A stretch of 64,000 nucleotides of DNA from Selaginella moellendorffii (lineage: Eukaryota > Plantae > Lycopodiophyta), in contig NW_003314353.1 of NCBI RefSeq assembly GCF_000143415.4, forward strand, positions 214,140 to 278,139, in the 5' to 3' direction. This document shows positions 35,342 to 49,086 of this stretch, piece after piece (position 1 is the stretch's first letter; every line of letters starts with the position of its first letter). The notes under the pieces are model-generated. The model made no database searches. It was not told where the DNA came from and saw only the letters and a list, made by a program, of their open reading frames with translations. The position numbers and the translations under genes are program-made.

Positions 35342-35995
35342 TGTAAGGGACTAATTTTTTTCCATTCTACTTTAATCACTTAACCACACCTCCGACCACT
35401 TGGAGGAGTCTCATTCACAACCTCCATAAGTCCCACTCAGGACTTGGGGCTTGCTAGCCCCGAGAATGACATCCATGCCACTCAACCTTTGCACTTGGTC
35501 CAAGTGCTCCACGTGTCCGGTCCCCTGACCGACACCCCAAGGCACCACCAACATACCAGCTCGTTATGCTAGGCCATGCCCAATCACCTTGGTCACATCG
35601 GTGGTCCAACACCACTTGCATTGCAATCCCGTCTCTCCAAGACTAGGCTATCCGTCTATGAGTGGTCATCCCAAATCCACTCCTTAGCATCCTTAGGATG
35701 CCCACAGACATGAGGAATAGCCTTCCCCAATATCTCCTTTTTGGACCCCACCAAATCCCTTTTTGTCCTTGGCTGTGTTCGCCAACACTGCCACTGGATC
35801 AAGGCCCACAGGCCCGACCACTAAGTCCCATGGTCCTCTGGGACTTCCTCACCGCACGACTGTATCCTTAGTCACCACACCAGAGGACTACTCCTCTTCC
35901 TTTCCACAGTCTGGGCCTTTGGGACAACATTTCGGAACACCATGGCCTTACGCAAGCCTCATGGGTACTCTCCCTGCCTTCCGCCTTTGGGTGCT
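35342..35995 (-). repeat. LTR family B, copy 3, truncated by DNA-element copy 2
   Basis: Matches 22211-22865, then switches abruptly to the DNA-element terminus. Confidence 0.9.
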
Positions 35996-38900
35996 AAGCT
36001 CTATTTCGTTAAAGTGGGAATTGTCATTATCCCACTTGTAAAATAAGGTTTCCAAACCTTTATATAGTATATAAATATAACAAAATTCAACTGTATTGAG
36101 GCACATGCCATTATATTTTAAACAAGGAAATGTCTACTCAATCACTTCTCCTCCCCCTGCCACTGCTTCACCTCTCTCTTCTCTTTGTCATCGTCATCCA
36201 ATTTCTTTCCATCCTTTTAATATTGGCTCAGTTGCTCCGAGTCTAGGTGGAGCCCAAGTCCCCATTCAATCTTTACTTTCCCCTTATTAATAAAACAACT
36301 TCGTAGACTTCCAATAACATGCTATAACACGCTGTAACACTTCTAGTATAATGCAAATCCTCTCAAAGAATTGTCTTTTAATATTAATACAATGGCATGG
36401 AACCCCATGCCATAATAAGTTACATTTTTAAATAAATACATGCCATCTCAGACTGTTATTTTTTGCCTCCAACGCCTATACAATAATCTTGGAATTTCAT
36501 CACTCTCCACACTATTAGGATTTAAACCTAATAGTAATGCCATCTCTTCTCTAATACGTCCACGCTCATGTTCAGTGGTCGAAGAACCCATCCGGTTGAG
36601 CAAATTATGGAGATGCGGATAGTGCTTGGCTAGACAATATACATGCCATAAATGATGACTGGTGTCTGTCCGATCAAATGGCTTCTGATATACCGTTCCA
36701 TCTGCCATTTGGTTGATTTCTGCAACTACCTCCTGGACTGGCCGGTTCTCTATCAAGCCGTTTTGCAAGGTCCCCCAAAACATACGGTTTCTTCTCCCTA
36801 GTTTCCATACTGCAAGAGATGGGGTGCACTGCATATGTGTGCGTGTTCGCTGCAGTTTTAATCGGCGAGTCATCGATGATGAGGATTTCACTTGACCTAG
36901 CAGTCCGGTTCATCACTACAGCCTCTGCCTTGACGAAGATGGGCTTGCTACCCCTCACATGGACCATAGTCAAGCAATCCTCCTGCGTTAGGAGAAAGTC
37001 AAATGGTAATATTACTCGCGTTTGATCGTGTATCATCTGTAGCAACGTTAATGCATTGTGGCGCATCATGGATGTCCAAACTCCCAATTGCAAATTGAAC
37101 CCGGCCCTCTGTTTTAAGTGTCGCATGGTCATTATTAGATCCCGCAGTTTCTCCCGTGTGATTAATGTGAATCTGTCTCTTTTGACCAACTTGTGACCGC
37201 AGGCTTTGGAGGGTGCAGTGACATTCGAGGACGAGCCACGCTCATGGGAGAAAAAGGACATCGTTCAGATCAAAAACGATACAGTACCTTCGCCGTGACT
37301 CTGAAATGAAATGCGTCAGCATAAAAAATAGTACAAGTCAATTTTACCATCTACAATATTAGCGAATGGTGCTCCCAATGGTCGTTGAGAGGGTTTTGGT
37401 TGAGGAAATGTGAAGGGCGGAAATACTCTCCTCTGCAATGTGGGGTCAATCGCATCCGATGGCGTGTGGGCACATGCCATTTCAGATGTAGACTCTGGTA
37501 CAACTGGCTCAACAGTGGCATGGGGTGGTTCCGATGGCGTGTGATCACACGCCATTTCAGCTGGTGCCTCCGTTGGCAAAGTGGACATGACCGAACAGGC
37601 AGCAGGGGCGGTGTAGGGAGGTTCCAACGGCGCGTAGTCAGACGATTGGGCACACGTTGAGTCCTTTGGAAATGAGGATACGACCGGCTCGGCGGCTGGG
37701 GCGGCCTCATGCGGGTCCAATGGCGCCTGGTCACCATCAGTTGGATACGTGGACAAGATTGACTCAGTGGTATGGGCAGCATTAAGTGGAGCGTGGTCAG
37801 CTTGCTTGGCGTTGATATGGATAGTAGCCTCCACCAGCTCTGATGACTCTTGCAGGCAAGTAGAGTCCACTGGCGGATCCATATGCATGTCCAAATATCT
37901 CCCTTCGATTGAGATGGTATCCTCCCTACTGGCTACTAAAAACAAACTCATTAGCACATTGAATCGACTATACTGTATTTACCATCAACTGCTATTGAGG
38001 AACTAGGACCGATATCACTTGGGCGCACTGCTGATTCTGAAGGATTAGACATACGTTTCGACCCTTGCTTGGCACTATCCTTCCTCGACACTAAAGGCTA
38101 GAGTTTGTATCTTAATTCAACTGAATAATCTTTACTTACCATTTGCTCTGCGACCTACATGGACAATGTTAGAAATGGTAAAAGGTTAGGAATGGATGTA
38201 CTATTATTTACCTGATGGTTTGTCTTGTATGACCTTCCTCCGCTGCTCTTTGGCCACCTCAGGCTGGCCATCGTCGTCATCATCGTCGTCATCGTTATTG
38301 TGATTGTTATCATTGTGAGGACCATCCAAGTCCTCTTCGTCCTCCTCTTCTTCGTCCTCCTCTTCTTTGTCCTCCTCTTTGTCCTTCTGCTCTTCTTGCT
38401 CATTATCTTTCTTTGGCTCCTCATCCCCCTCCTGCATTTCTTCCATAGGCTGCTCAGGCTGGATGGCTTGTTCTTCCAGGACCATCTTAGGAAAATCATC
38501 TGGCCGAGTCTCCATCTCAAAATACAAGACATCCATAGCCTGTTTTAGTGCGTGACCTAGGACCGTATCCTCACCCAACTGTCTTAACATGGTTTCTGCA
38601 CGTTCTTGCACCCTTCGAAGACGACGAGATGAGAAAAACGTGGCCCTAACTTGAAAAGCATCCCTCATCCATTGTACCTCTCCATTGAGATTGGGGAAGG
38701 GGAGTCCGCCATAGGAATCTGAGTCAGGAGGTGGTGACTGGCTGCTTTCACTCAGCCCTTGATCTGCAATGAATGGCATGAGCACACACGCCATAACCGC
38801 AAGGCATTACCTATCATCTTTTCGTTGCCCTTCTTCCTTTTCGAATCAAACGCCTCTGATCCCGACGACTGTCCAACATGCTTTCGTTTTTTATGACCAC

Positions 38901-39852
38901 TGTCAGTTTGAGCTTGGCTGGTGCTTGCCTGTTTTGCCTTTGAAGAAGTGTCTCCTGCAAGGAATGGCATGAGACCACACGCCATTGCAAATATAATTTG
39001 TACCTCCTTTTTTCCTATTGCTTGTCTATTTGTCCTTCTTCGACACGCCACCAGTGTGTTTTTCAGTCCTCGTGTCTGAATATTCACAACGATCTATAAT
39101 CAAAATGGCGTGAGGCCTCACGTGACCTTACCTTGTGCAGGTTGTGAGCTCGGCCCAACATGGGTATCTTCAATAGTAGCTGTTAACGCCGTTTCAACAT
39201 CTAGGGGGGAGCTTGTGAGATAACATTTAAACTTAAAGTGCGTACTCACCAGGTTCGCAGAGAAGATACTGTTTTTCTTTGGCAACTGTAATTATATGCT
39301 CCATTGAAGTCACCTCTTCAATGGAGTTTGTCACCGCAACACACGGGACACCCTTGAGTAGTGCGGCTCGAAAGAATAGTCCGCCGCAGTTGTACTCAAC
39401 AACGCATTTGCCCTTGGAGTCGGAAGCAGGTGACCCACCCGCTATTGCGTTGAAGACCCAGCTGAGCATTTCCCATGTTGCATCTGGAGCTTTCTCTGGA
39501 TTCGAAAGCTCCATAGCCGTCTTCAGTTCCTCAGGCACGGGTAAATTGACCTCCCTCAGATCAATTCGATCGGCCTTGTCGAACGAAGCTGGGAAGTCAC
39601 TCCAGTCCCACTCTGCTGCAGGACCAATAACAAGGGCGAGTGTGAAGATGCGGACATTCGTCAGTATCTTCTTCTTAGCCATTATCCCATGGATCTCCCG
39701 CATCTCCTTGCCTTTCAACCGAAACTTCACCTCGTTCAAGGCCTTCCAGAACTTGTGATAGGATTCGGAGTCGTAGATCACATAGTGGACTGAAGATTCC
39801 ACCTCTGCAAGTCCCACCATTAAGTCAATGATGGAGCTGACTTCGTCTGCAT
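35995..39852 (-). mobile_element. Inverted, 5'-truncated second copy of the large DNA element (equivalent to 6996-10837)
   Basis: Reverse-complement near-identity; same ORF peptides; palindromes at e.g. 36392, 37459, 37534, 38773, 38964 and 39105. Confidence 0.95.
36448..39852 (-). pseudogene. Truncated copy of the cargo gene (MTase-like C-terminal part to NIF/HAD domain)
   Basis: ORFs 39233..39877, 38204..38794, 37316..37957, 36674..37261 and 36448..36891; an 11-nt deletion near 36754 frameshifts the HAD domain. Confidence 0.85.
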
Positions 39853-41221
39853 GAGTGGGCAGGGCAGAGTCTACCACCTCATAGTTTGAGCCACTCGCTC
39901 TAGTATATATGCAGCAAGATTTTTGATGAGATCAATATCCTCCACACAGTTTCCACCCTACCTTGTGGCCGTACAAATGACTTGATCTTCCATACTGGGG
40001 AGAATAGACTGATGACCCCATGGATGTTCTCATGTTGGGTGTGGTGCCATCTGCAAGAAGGTGCAGCTCAATCTTTACATTGGTGCCATATGAGACTGGA
40101 AAGCAAACACTTCTATTACTTGTGTTCATGACATGTTAGGAGAAGGAAATATTATATAAGGGAGAAACATTAAAAATATAAGAAGGTGGCTCAAATCAAG
40201 AAATAAGAAAAAATTGGAAAAAGGCAGAAGGTAAAGATAAATAATCAAATGAGTGATTGAAAAATTAATCTCCAAAGCTATCTCTATAATAATCAAACTT
40301 TTCATCACAATCCAAAATCCATTCAAGCTTGTAAACATTATCCTTTTATAAACTTGATTCTCGAACATAGATTACATCTTTCCAATTGTCGCGAATGTAA
40401 CTTCGGGTATCGAAAGTTACCTGTCAGCCAGTCCTTACAAACACTTTTTCCTTACTGCCACGATAGTAGAAGGTTAGTATTGCTAATTTCCTTTATCAGC
40501 CCCTTTTGTTCAAATGTTAATTTACTGAGCTTAGCATCTGTATTTAGCCAGATGGATATAAGGTAAGAACTCCTATGTGTTTCTAGCTGAGCATATTTGG
40601 CCTGGCTTTAGTTCTCTTTTGCTTTGTTTTGCATTGGCTTGACAAGAACCCTTACGTATTGAGATTAGTCCCTCAATAATGCTAGATGATAACTTACTGT
40701 ATCTGCCAAACACCCTCGTTATCATACCTTTTGTGTTAGTCTCATTCCGGTCCCAAATATTATTTATGGAAAGTGTCCAGATTTGCTTATTTAGCATATC
40801 TACAGAATGTAGAGATAGAGATTGTCCTGAACACAACAGTGTTTATTCCATGTCTAAATTCACAATCTAAAGACATTCCATATCCCTAACTTTTGATACT
40901 AAGGGAGGCTTGGAGTGAAAGCCCAAAACATATGTTCCTCAAAGGGGGCTGTGGGGGGTTCCAAATGTAGATAGTGGGTAGGTCAGGCATGGCCAATTAA
41001 CCTGAAGCATAGTCTAGCTCTTGCGTGCTTATCCTTGTTCTGCGTCCGATTTGGGTCTAAGCCCAAATTCCACACCATGCTAACTAATGGAATACCTATG
41101 TCCTCGTGTTAAGCCATTGGTATGCTGAAATAGCGCCAAACTCCGTTTGGCTCCATTTTGCGTGTTGGTCCTAGCATTAGGATGCTGAATACTTTAGGAT
41201 TGTTCTAAATCACTTTGTGCT

Positions 41222-41492
41222 CCTATCCCTTTGCTCCTTGGGTTGCATGCTCAAGAGTTCCTCTGTGATTCGGTTTCGTCACTCCTTGGCTCCATGCTTG
41301 GGAGTTTGGCACCGTTCCTATGTTTAGTGGCCCAAGGCCTTGAACCTCAAGTTCCACACCATTGCCCTTTGGACACATGGCATGTAACACGTGGCATATA
41401 ACACATGGCATATGGAGGGTTTAGGTTCCGCTTCGTGGTGTTATTTTATGGTAAATCACCATAGGATAAAGAGTAAAAACCACGTGTGCTAC
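41222..41492 (+). repeat. Dispersed repeat or LTR-end fragment of another family (also at ~21493-21760)
   Basis: TCCCTTYGCTCCTTGGGTTGYATGCTCAAGAGTT…ATGGTAAATCACYATAGGATAAA shared between the two sites. Confidence 0.65.
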
Positions 41493-44400
41493 ACCAATCA
41501 ATGTCATGATCACACTTCACATTATCTCACAAAAGCTGGAGATGGTAATTGACCAAGAATGGGGACAACACCAATATAATTATGCCCTAAAACACCAAAA
41601 GTTTAAAGTAGCATTAGCAGCGTCAGCTGATATACTTTTTGATTAATGATAAGGTGATATAGTAGAAAAAGAGGAATGCAAGAAACAAAAACTGAATAAG
41701 CACAATGATAGTTAGAATTCTAAATCTTGCAAAAAGCTAATATAGATCTAAATCCACAAAAGAAAGAAATGAATAAAACTAAAAGCACAATCCCAAACAC
41801 TAAACATTGCTAAAAACATTACCCTCTAAGGACAAATTACAATGCCCCTCACTGTGAGTGTTTGGGATATGGAAATACAATACAAGAATGGATGTAAAAT
41901 TTAGTCCTAAAAAGATGGTTAACTATAATTAGCATATTAGTTATATATATATAGACACACACACACAAACTTTATATAGTGTGTAGGTAAAAAAATAGTT
42001 TAGCCACACTTTTACTAATTTTAAAGTGTCTTCAAAGAGATTAAAAAAGTTTAATAATTTGAACTTTAATATTTATGATATAATTTATTTTAATTAATAC
42101 ATCACTGATATATAAAATTACTAACTTCATGGGTAATGTAAATATAAAACTTTATTGAGATTAATGAAATTAAATGAAGAAAATTATCAGTAACACCTTT
42201 AACAATATAATTATTTTTGCTATTTATAAATATCTATAATTTTTTATTAGAAGTACTCAATAAAAAATTAATTACTTTAGATATTGAATTATACCCTTTG
42301 TAAATAATATAATAGTCTTGAAATGTTTATGAAACTTTATTTGATTTATCATAATATAAATATTAAACTTAAATATTTATTAAAAAGTGTTCAAAATAAA
42401 TTTGAAAAAGAGTGTAAATAATTCTAGAAATTGGTACATAGTTACCTTCAACATAACAATAAAAATTTTCAAAATAAAAAATTAGTATAATTAAATTCTT
42501 CTTAGACATGTAGATGTTATTAAAATTTATTTATAGTGATAAATATATCATCTAAAAAATATGGTAAATAGTTCTATATATAAGTTATTGATAATGTTTA
42601 AAATTTATTTATATTAATATTAAAATATAAATTAATTTATATCGAATTTAAAGATTATCTCACCCTCTAAACAACTAAAGAGAATTATTAAAAAATTAAA
42701 ATTAAAATTTAAAAGGAAAAAGCCCCATGAATAATGTACCCCCTTTTCCAATCAATTAAAGGGTATTGGGATATTTTGGATTATATTTGAATAATATTGA
42801 GTTGGGTGACTTTCTAGAAAATTAAAATTTAATAATTTACATTTAGTATCAAAAGGATTTTAGGGTCAATTTTGTTAGTTGGCTAAAATAATCACACCAC
42901 ATCAGTTGGTAAGTCTAATTTACTATAGCTTTCAGCTTTTGTTCATCAAAGCTTTTATAAAAAGAATGACTTGATAAAAATAAAAATACACCCCCTTTTC
43001 TAATCACCTAAAGGGTTTTGAAATATTTGATGTTAAGCATTTTTTGGTTTAAGTAATAGTAAACCCTTCAAAATAATGGTTACTTTTTTTTAAAAAAAAC
43101 TTAATTAATCTAATTAAGTATAAGTTTTATTTAGTTAATCATCATTAAGATCAGAGACACAAGGACAAACATAAAAAGGAAATAAGAAACAAAATAAATA
43201 TATAAAACAGATAAATTTAGGAAGATATTTCTTTAGTTTATTTGGATTAGAACTAAGAGGGCAATAAAGGTAAAAGAAGGTACTCAATATGTGTTGAAAT
43301 GCAATACCAATACAATACAAGGGATTATTTATGAGCGTGTGAAGCTGAGACAAAAATATTTTATAAAGATAATTGAGTGTTTTGAATCTAAATTTTTCCA
43401 AGATGCTTTTAGTAAGTTAGTATACTTTTTAACAATAATGCATATCTGAAAGATTTACAGAAAATTGTTAATATAGCTTAAACTTAGAGTTCTCAATCAC
43501 TTTGGTATTAGTTTTATGATTTAATAAGTTTAAGGAAGAAACCTTAAAATTTATAATCAGGATGCAAAGTAATTTTGAACGTAAGAATTTGAGTACACTT
43601 TAGAAAATTTGCAAGTCTAATAGGTGATGAGTTTTTCATTTTTTTATTTTAAATTTAATGTTTAGACATATCCACTAATGGAGGATGTGAACTATTAATT
43701 GATCTTCAATACTTGGCAAAAGAGTAAAATTGACATATGTTGGCACTTTGATAAATAACTTGATATTGGTATTTTGATAGTTAAATTAATTTTATACCTT
43801 GTAAACTAAGGAGCATGTCAAATAAATATTTTATTTGAGCTTAGTGATAAAATTAAAGTTTAGTTTTATAAGATTAAGGTAAGATATGATTTAATTATTT
43901 ATATTTCTTTGAGATGTTCTTGAAAGTTTGGATCTAAGTTTGTTTGAGTTTCATGGATTTAAGATTTACTTTGCTTGTATTTCTTTAGCTAAAATTTGTG
44001 CTTTCTTATATCTTGTAACTCTTATATGTTCTTGAAAATTTGAAGTATTTAATATATAGCAATTTTCAGACTCCTAAGTTCAAAGTAATATCAAGCTATG
44101 GCTTGTAAATTACCTTTAGTGTCGACAAGAAATTAATGATCATTATCCACTACGATAGCAAGGAGATAACATTTGTCATTGAGAAAATTTCTTTCATCGA
44201 AATATGGTATTCATGTAGTGAACTTATTCACTTATACTTAAGATGGCAAGAGATTAAGATTACCTTATACTTATGTAATTGTTGCAGTACAAAGGAAAAC
44301 ACAATTTTATATTACTCACTTAATTCATATTTTAGAATATATATAATGTATGCATTCACAATGAACAATTGAAAATAAATAGTTGTGAATCCTTGATTCG

Positions 44401-45126
44401 TATGTAGCTAATGTACTTAAAGTAGATCACAATATAAACTTATGAATGATACCATGAAGAAAATGTAAAATCAAGTTAGGTATAAAGTACTAAAGTAGCA
44501 TTATGAAATGAAACATCTTATCTCTATGGTGGAGAAACCCTCCTCAATTGGCATTTATTATGAAAAAAAAGAAATGCATTCATACTAAAGATTTTGAGAA
44601 AGAAAAAAACTACATTTGTTATAGGTTTTGTGATCATATGACGTTTTTCAGATTTTTTATGGATTTTTTATGAATTTTTAGTTATAAATGTAATATTAAA
44701 CTTAGAAGAGCTTTTATACTAAATTTAAATATTTGTTTTTGCAATTTTAAAGCTTCCAGGGTCATATTAGTAAATATGCCAAATTTGAGGTTAACAAGTT
44801 TTATTACTAAATAATTAAAAAATTTGAAAGAAATAATTCTCAGTTTAATTTCAGTAGCAAAATTTAAAATTTAGAATTATAGAATCTATTAGATTATAGA
44901 TGTGTAGTAGAAATAGCATCTTAATTCAAAAGGTAAAACCATTAAATATTTATATTATATTTGCAACTAATTTTGTTAGAAAAACAAAAAATTAAAATTT
45001 ATGAGATAAAGTTTAAACTTTTCTAGAATTTTGGGTTATGACATTGTTAGTATACCTCTTATCCCACAGAAAGAAAAATTATCCTGATTGCAGCCATTCA
45101 CATTATCTTTTGCCAAGATTTCACTT

Positions 45127-46560
45127 CTATTCAAGGAACTTGATCCATTCATCAAGAACTTTGGGAGATCCATACCATGGCCTCTCTTCATCATTCGCAC
45201 CAACAGGTGAGTGGTAGACACCATCAAATGTTATGTTTGTCGCTCCTCTCAAATGTGCTGACATTGCAGGAACAACACCATCGCCCCACACATCACCTCT
45301 CCCACAAACCTGGTCAAAACAACCATAGCTATTATCTCTCCAAAACTCATTCCATTTAGTTACCTGCTTGTATCCTTGGCCAATAAGTCTATCTTCATAC
45401 GAAGGAGTTAGTTCTTCCACATCGTCAATTTCTTCCTCGTCGCTTTCTACTATTGTTTCAACCAGCGTGCCTGTTGTCACACTTCCAACGCCTGCTGCTA
45501 CCACAGCATCCGGGGATTTAGATCGAGTAGCACCCTTTATATATCTGTAAGCAACGAACAAAAAAACGATCATAAACGATAGAATTGAAACCGGTACATG
45601 CCTGCTAGCAATGCAAACGTATTTTACTTGAGGAGCATGAAAGGCCCCGGGGCACTTCTCTTCGACGTAGTCTAGCAGGCCCCGTGTTTGATCGAAAACA
45701 CCGGGGACTCCTTTTGGAGGTGGCCTGGAGAGAGTTAGAAAACGAAGCTACAACTTCGATTCGAATCGACCAATCAGTGAAACTTACAAGTGAGGAGTTC
45801 CAAGTGTGAGCAAAAGAGAAATATCGTCGGTTCCAAACTCCAGCATGAAAACCCGGGCAAGCCATCCTCCCGCTGAATGAGCAATCAGCGAGACTTTGTC
45901 ATGACCTGAGAGCAAAGCACTGGAAAAAAAGCTGAGAAAAAAGAAAGCTTGCGAAAGTCGAGATGAGATCGAAAGAAGCTTCTACCGTGCTTGGCCTTGA
46001 CAGCGTCAATAGAAACTTTTATTCTTTCCAAGTACCTGCAAAAAGTTCGATCTTCTAAAGAGTTCACGAGATGATTCAAGACTGTACCAGTCAAGAACAG
46101 GCCTGGGCTTGAGCGTTCCTCTCCAGTAATTCCCGTCGAGCAAACCAGCAGCATTTCGTAGCCAATCCAGCCTCGAAACTTTCAAAACCTTGACCGGAAA
46201 TCCTTTGCTGCGGAGAGCTGACGAGAGTGGAGCATAGTCTCCAGTGTTATTGCCTAGTCCCTAGCTTGAAAAATAATGAGAAACCAAAAGAAACCTTTTC
46301 GACTAGATTGCGAAGTTCAAGGAAAAAAAAAAGATCTAGACAAGAAATCCATGTAAACTTTCGACTAGATTAGAACGTTCTAGACTAAAAAGAAGAGAAA
46401 AACCTAGCCAAGCAATCGAGCTATTGTAAAACTCTTGAAGGAGTGACTGACTTACGGGTAGTATGACAGTGCTTTGTCGCTGGGTCAAGTGGCCATTGTT
46501 TGATGGCGAGGCGAGGCACCCAACAATGTGGCTGGATTGGGTGCATACCATGGGTGCCAT
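45127..46560 (-). CDS. Alpha/beta-hydrolase (lipase/PGAP1-like), multi-exon
   Basis: HSAGGWLAR nucleophile elbow, LLTLGTPH, GDGVVP…H…VYHSP…PWYGS; several short GT-AG introns. Confidence 0.8.
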
Positions 46561-46951
46561 CACTATATCACTTCCACCACGCAGGAGCTCCAATTTCACA
46601 ATCCCTCCCCTTGCCCTGGGATGAAATCAAACAAAAAACATTGTCAAATAAGTCAAAACAATGTCAAAGTTCGTCAAATTAAGTCAAGGGCTAAAAGATC
46701 AAAGTCTAATGGGAAGGAAATAATATTAATTAACCCAAAAACTCTAATTTATCTATACTATTAAAATTTTATTACACTAATATTACATTACAACCGTCGT
46801 ACATTTAAGTCCATAATAGTTAAATTCGTTTACTCTAAAAGGTAAAATACAAAATTAAAAAGCCAATGTAAACCGGGTCAAAATAAATCAAAGTCAATGG
46901 TCATTTACAAGACCAACTTTTAAACTTCTTTCAAAGAAAGAAGAGAGGACT

Positions 46952-47344
46952 ATGGCAACGCTAATGTCACAGGAAGAGGCGGAGAGCTTCGCAGTGGAGT
47001 GGTGCGCATCACTCAACTCGCGCAGCCTGGCCTCCATCCTCGCGCACTACGAGCGAGGCGCCACTCTGGTGTCACCCCTGGTATGTGATCTCCTCGCGCG
47101 GAGCTCGGGAGCGCTCCAGGGCCTCGTGGAGCTCTCACATTTCTTCCACAAGCTCATGGTCCGCTTCCCAGATCTCCACCTCCAGATCCTCCACGTCTTT
47201 GGAGGCGTGTCCAGCTTAGTGGTCGTCTACCAGGGAGTTCCAGGAGTGTTTCTAGTTTCCGAGATGCTGGAGATCGATCCAAAGTCACGTAAGATCTCTA
47301 GAGCTGTGGTGCACTTGAAGAAATCCTGCCACAACGCTGCTTGA
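46952..47344 (+). CDS. SnoaL-like/NTF2-family protein, intronless
   Basis: FAVEW..SLNSRSLASILAHY…SPL…G.L.G…RFPDLH…VFGGVSSLVVVY matches the SnoaL-like pattern. Confidence 0.75.
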   Translation: MATLMSQEEAESFAVEWCASLNSRSLASILAHYERGATLVSPLVCDLLARSSGALQGLVELSHFFHKLMVRFPDLHLQILHVFGGVSSLVVVYQGVPGVFLVSEMLEIDPKSRKISRAVVHLKKSCHNAA

Positions 47345-47567
47345 GCCAAAAAAAGCGAGAGAAAAAAGAAGAAAAACACTGTCAAAAAGCAGATGTAATG
47401 AAGCAAACCTGTCTTATTCCCCTGGCACGAATTCCTTTACAGCTATGGCTGGCTAACGAGCAAAACGATTACTTACAGTAAAGAACTTACACTCGGAGTC
47501 GTTGCTGTGCAAAATATGCATAGAAGATTTGGGCTGTGATCTCTGCCGGATTGACTGGATGGTTGGT

Positions 47568-48930
47568 TCATTTGTCCGGCTTAAGATGGGCCAGGACTTC
47601 CTTCAAATCCGTCGGAGGCTTGGACTTGCCATTGATGATCTCGAATGTGACGTTCGACTGTGGACAGAGTCCTTGCAAGCAAGCCTGAGCAATCAGTGCA
47701 ACGTCCTTTCGAGCAATGGTCCCCAGCCCTTTGTCACCTGCAGACAAAGCCAAAACCAGCACCGTAAAAAAAATTAGCTTCGCAACAAGAACTGTCAAAG
47801 GAAAAGAGCCCAAAAGCTAGAAAACGATGAGAGAGAATTTCAAGCAATATGATAGTGTTCCTAGCGTCTCAACTCACCTTGTTCGGCGATGACCTTGTAT
47901 TGACCGCCTTCTTTGTTGAGTAATCCCCCGGGCCTGATGATAAAATACCCGAGCTCCTCGTGCTGGGAGTAGGCTTCCTTGACAGCTGCCTCGCCCTACA
48001 GCACAACAAGAGTCAGAGAGTTGGATGCTACCTACACGTGTTCGTGCAACAGCGATGCTGAAACGTCAAACGGAAAGCGAAATGAAAGCTGACCTTAAGC
48101 TTCCACACCAAAACTCGACCTTTAACCGCATTGAGAATGAGAGAAATGGGTGAGTAAGGCCTTGTCACTCCCATTGACGAGACGAGTACGAACTTTGGAA
48201 CCTGGAAAGTATGTGAAAGAAAAAGAAGAGTTAAAAAATCTCGAGCTAGATCGCTAGCGGTTTAATGTTCTTACCTTTGCAGAAGCAGCGGCCTCAGCAA
48301 GGTGTTTAACTCCCAGATAGTCGACGAACTTTGGTGTGTCCTCCATGACAGAGCCAGGGAGCTTCCATCCAGCTCGAGCACCAATCGTGCACACAACCCC
48401 GTCCATTCCTTCGCAAGCAGGCGCCAGCGTCTCGGGTTTCGTTACATCACCAAGGACGAATTTCACCTTGTCGCCTGCCAGAAGAAGAAAAAGAAGAAGA
48501 CTTGAGCCTGTCACTACCAAGTCTCCAGAGCTCCTAGAGAGTGGACAAAATTCACTGACTTGTGGAATCCAAGGCCTTGGTTGCTCGCTCCAAATTCCTC
48601 ACGAGCGCAAACACTTCAAACTCCTCAGACGCGGCGAGCAATTTCGCGACCTGGAAAGAACCAAGAACACATCAAAACACTCCAAATTATGGAACGCAAA
48701 CCCTGAGAGCACCGGCAGAAAACAGTCAAAGATCGATCAAACACCCCGAAAACCCCTGTGCGCTACCTCCATCTCGAGCATCGGCAAAGAGTGCCGCTAA
48801 ATCACGACTCAATCTCGAAAGAATGCAGGCAAAGAACGATCCAACACCTCAAAATCCCTGCGCGCTCGTGAATGCAGCGCCATACCTCGAGGCCGCAGCC
48901 GCTGCTACTCCCGACGACTAGCACCTTCAT
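47568..48930 (-). CDS. NAD(P)-binding Rossmann-fold protein (atypical SDR, TIC62/NmrA-like), multi-exon
   Basis: MKVLVVGSSSGCG; GDVTKPETLAPACEGMDGVVCTIG; VDYLGVKHLAEAA; FVLVSSMGV; IIRPGGL; GTIARKDVA. Confidence 0.88.
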
Positions 48931-49086
48931 CCCTCCGCCGCGACGCAAATAAAAACCCTACCTAGTGCTGTTCTTCCAAGAGCACACATGTAAAGGCGGT
49001 GTGGTTTGATTTTTACTTTGGAAGTTTCTAGCTAGTAATATTTCTCCCTCGCATATACCTTTCGATCGATCGATCCTTCACAGGGG

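Larger units (their letters stand above)
22211..35995 (-). mobile_element. Composite of a non-autonomous LTR-B element (LARD-like) and a nested or recombined chromovirus
   Basis: Order: LTR-B, PPT, non-coding interior (23800-26296), LTR-A, gag-pol, LTR-A, PPT, interior (33794-35326), PBS, truncated LTR-B. Confidence 0.7.

Noticed and set aside
39932-40129. Possible CACTA transposase fragment (LHLLADGTTP…SVYS)
   Set aside because: Similarity too short to support a call
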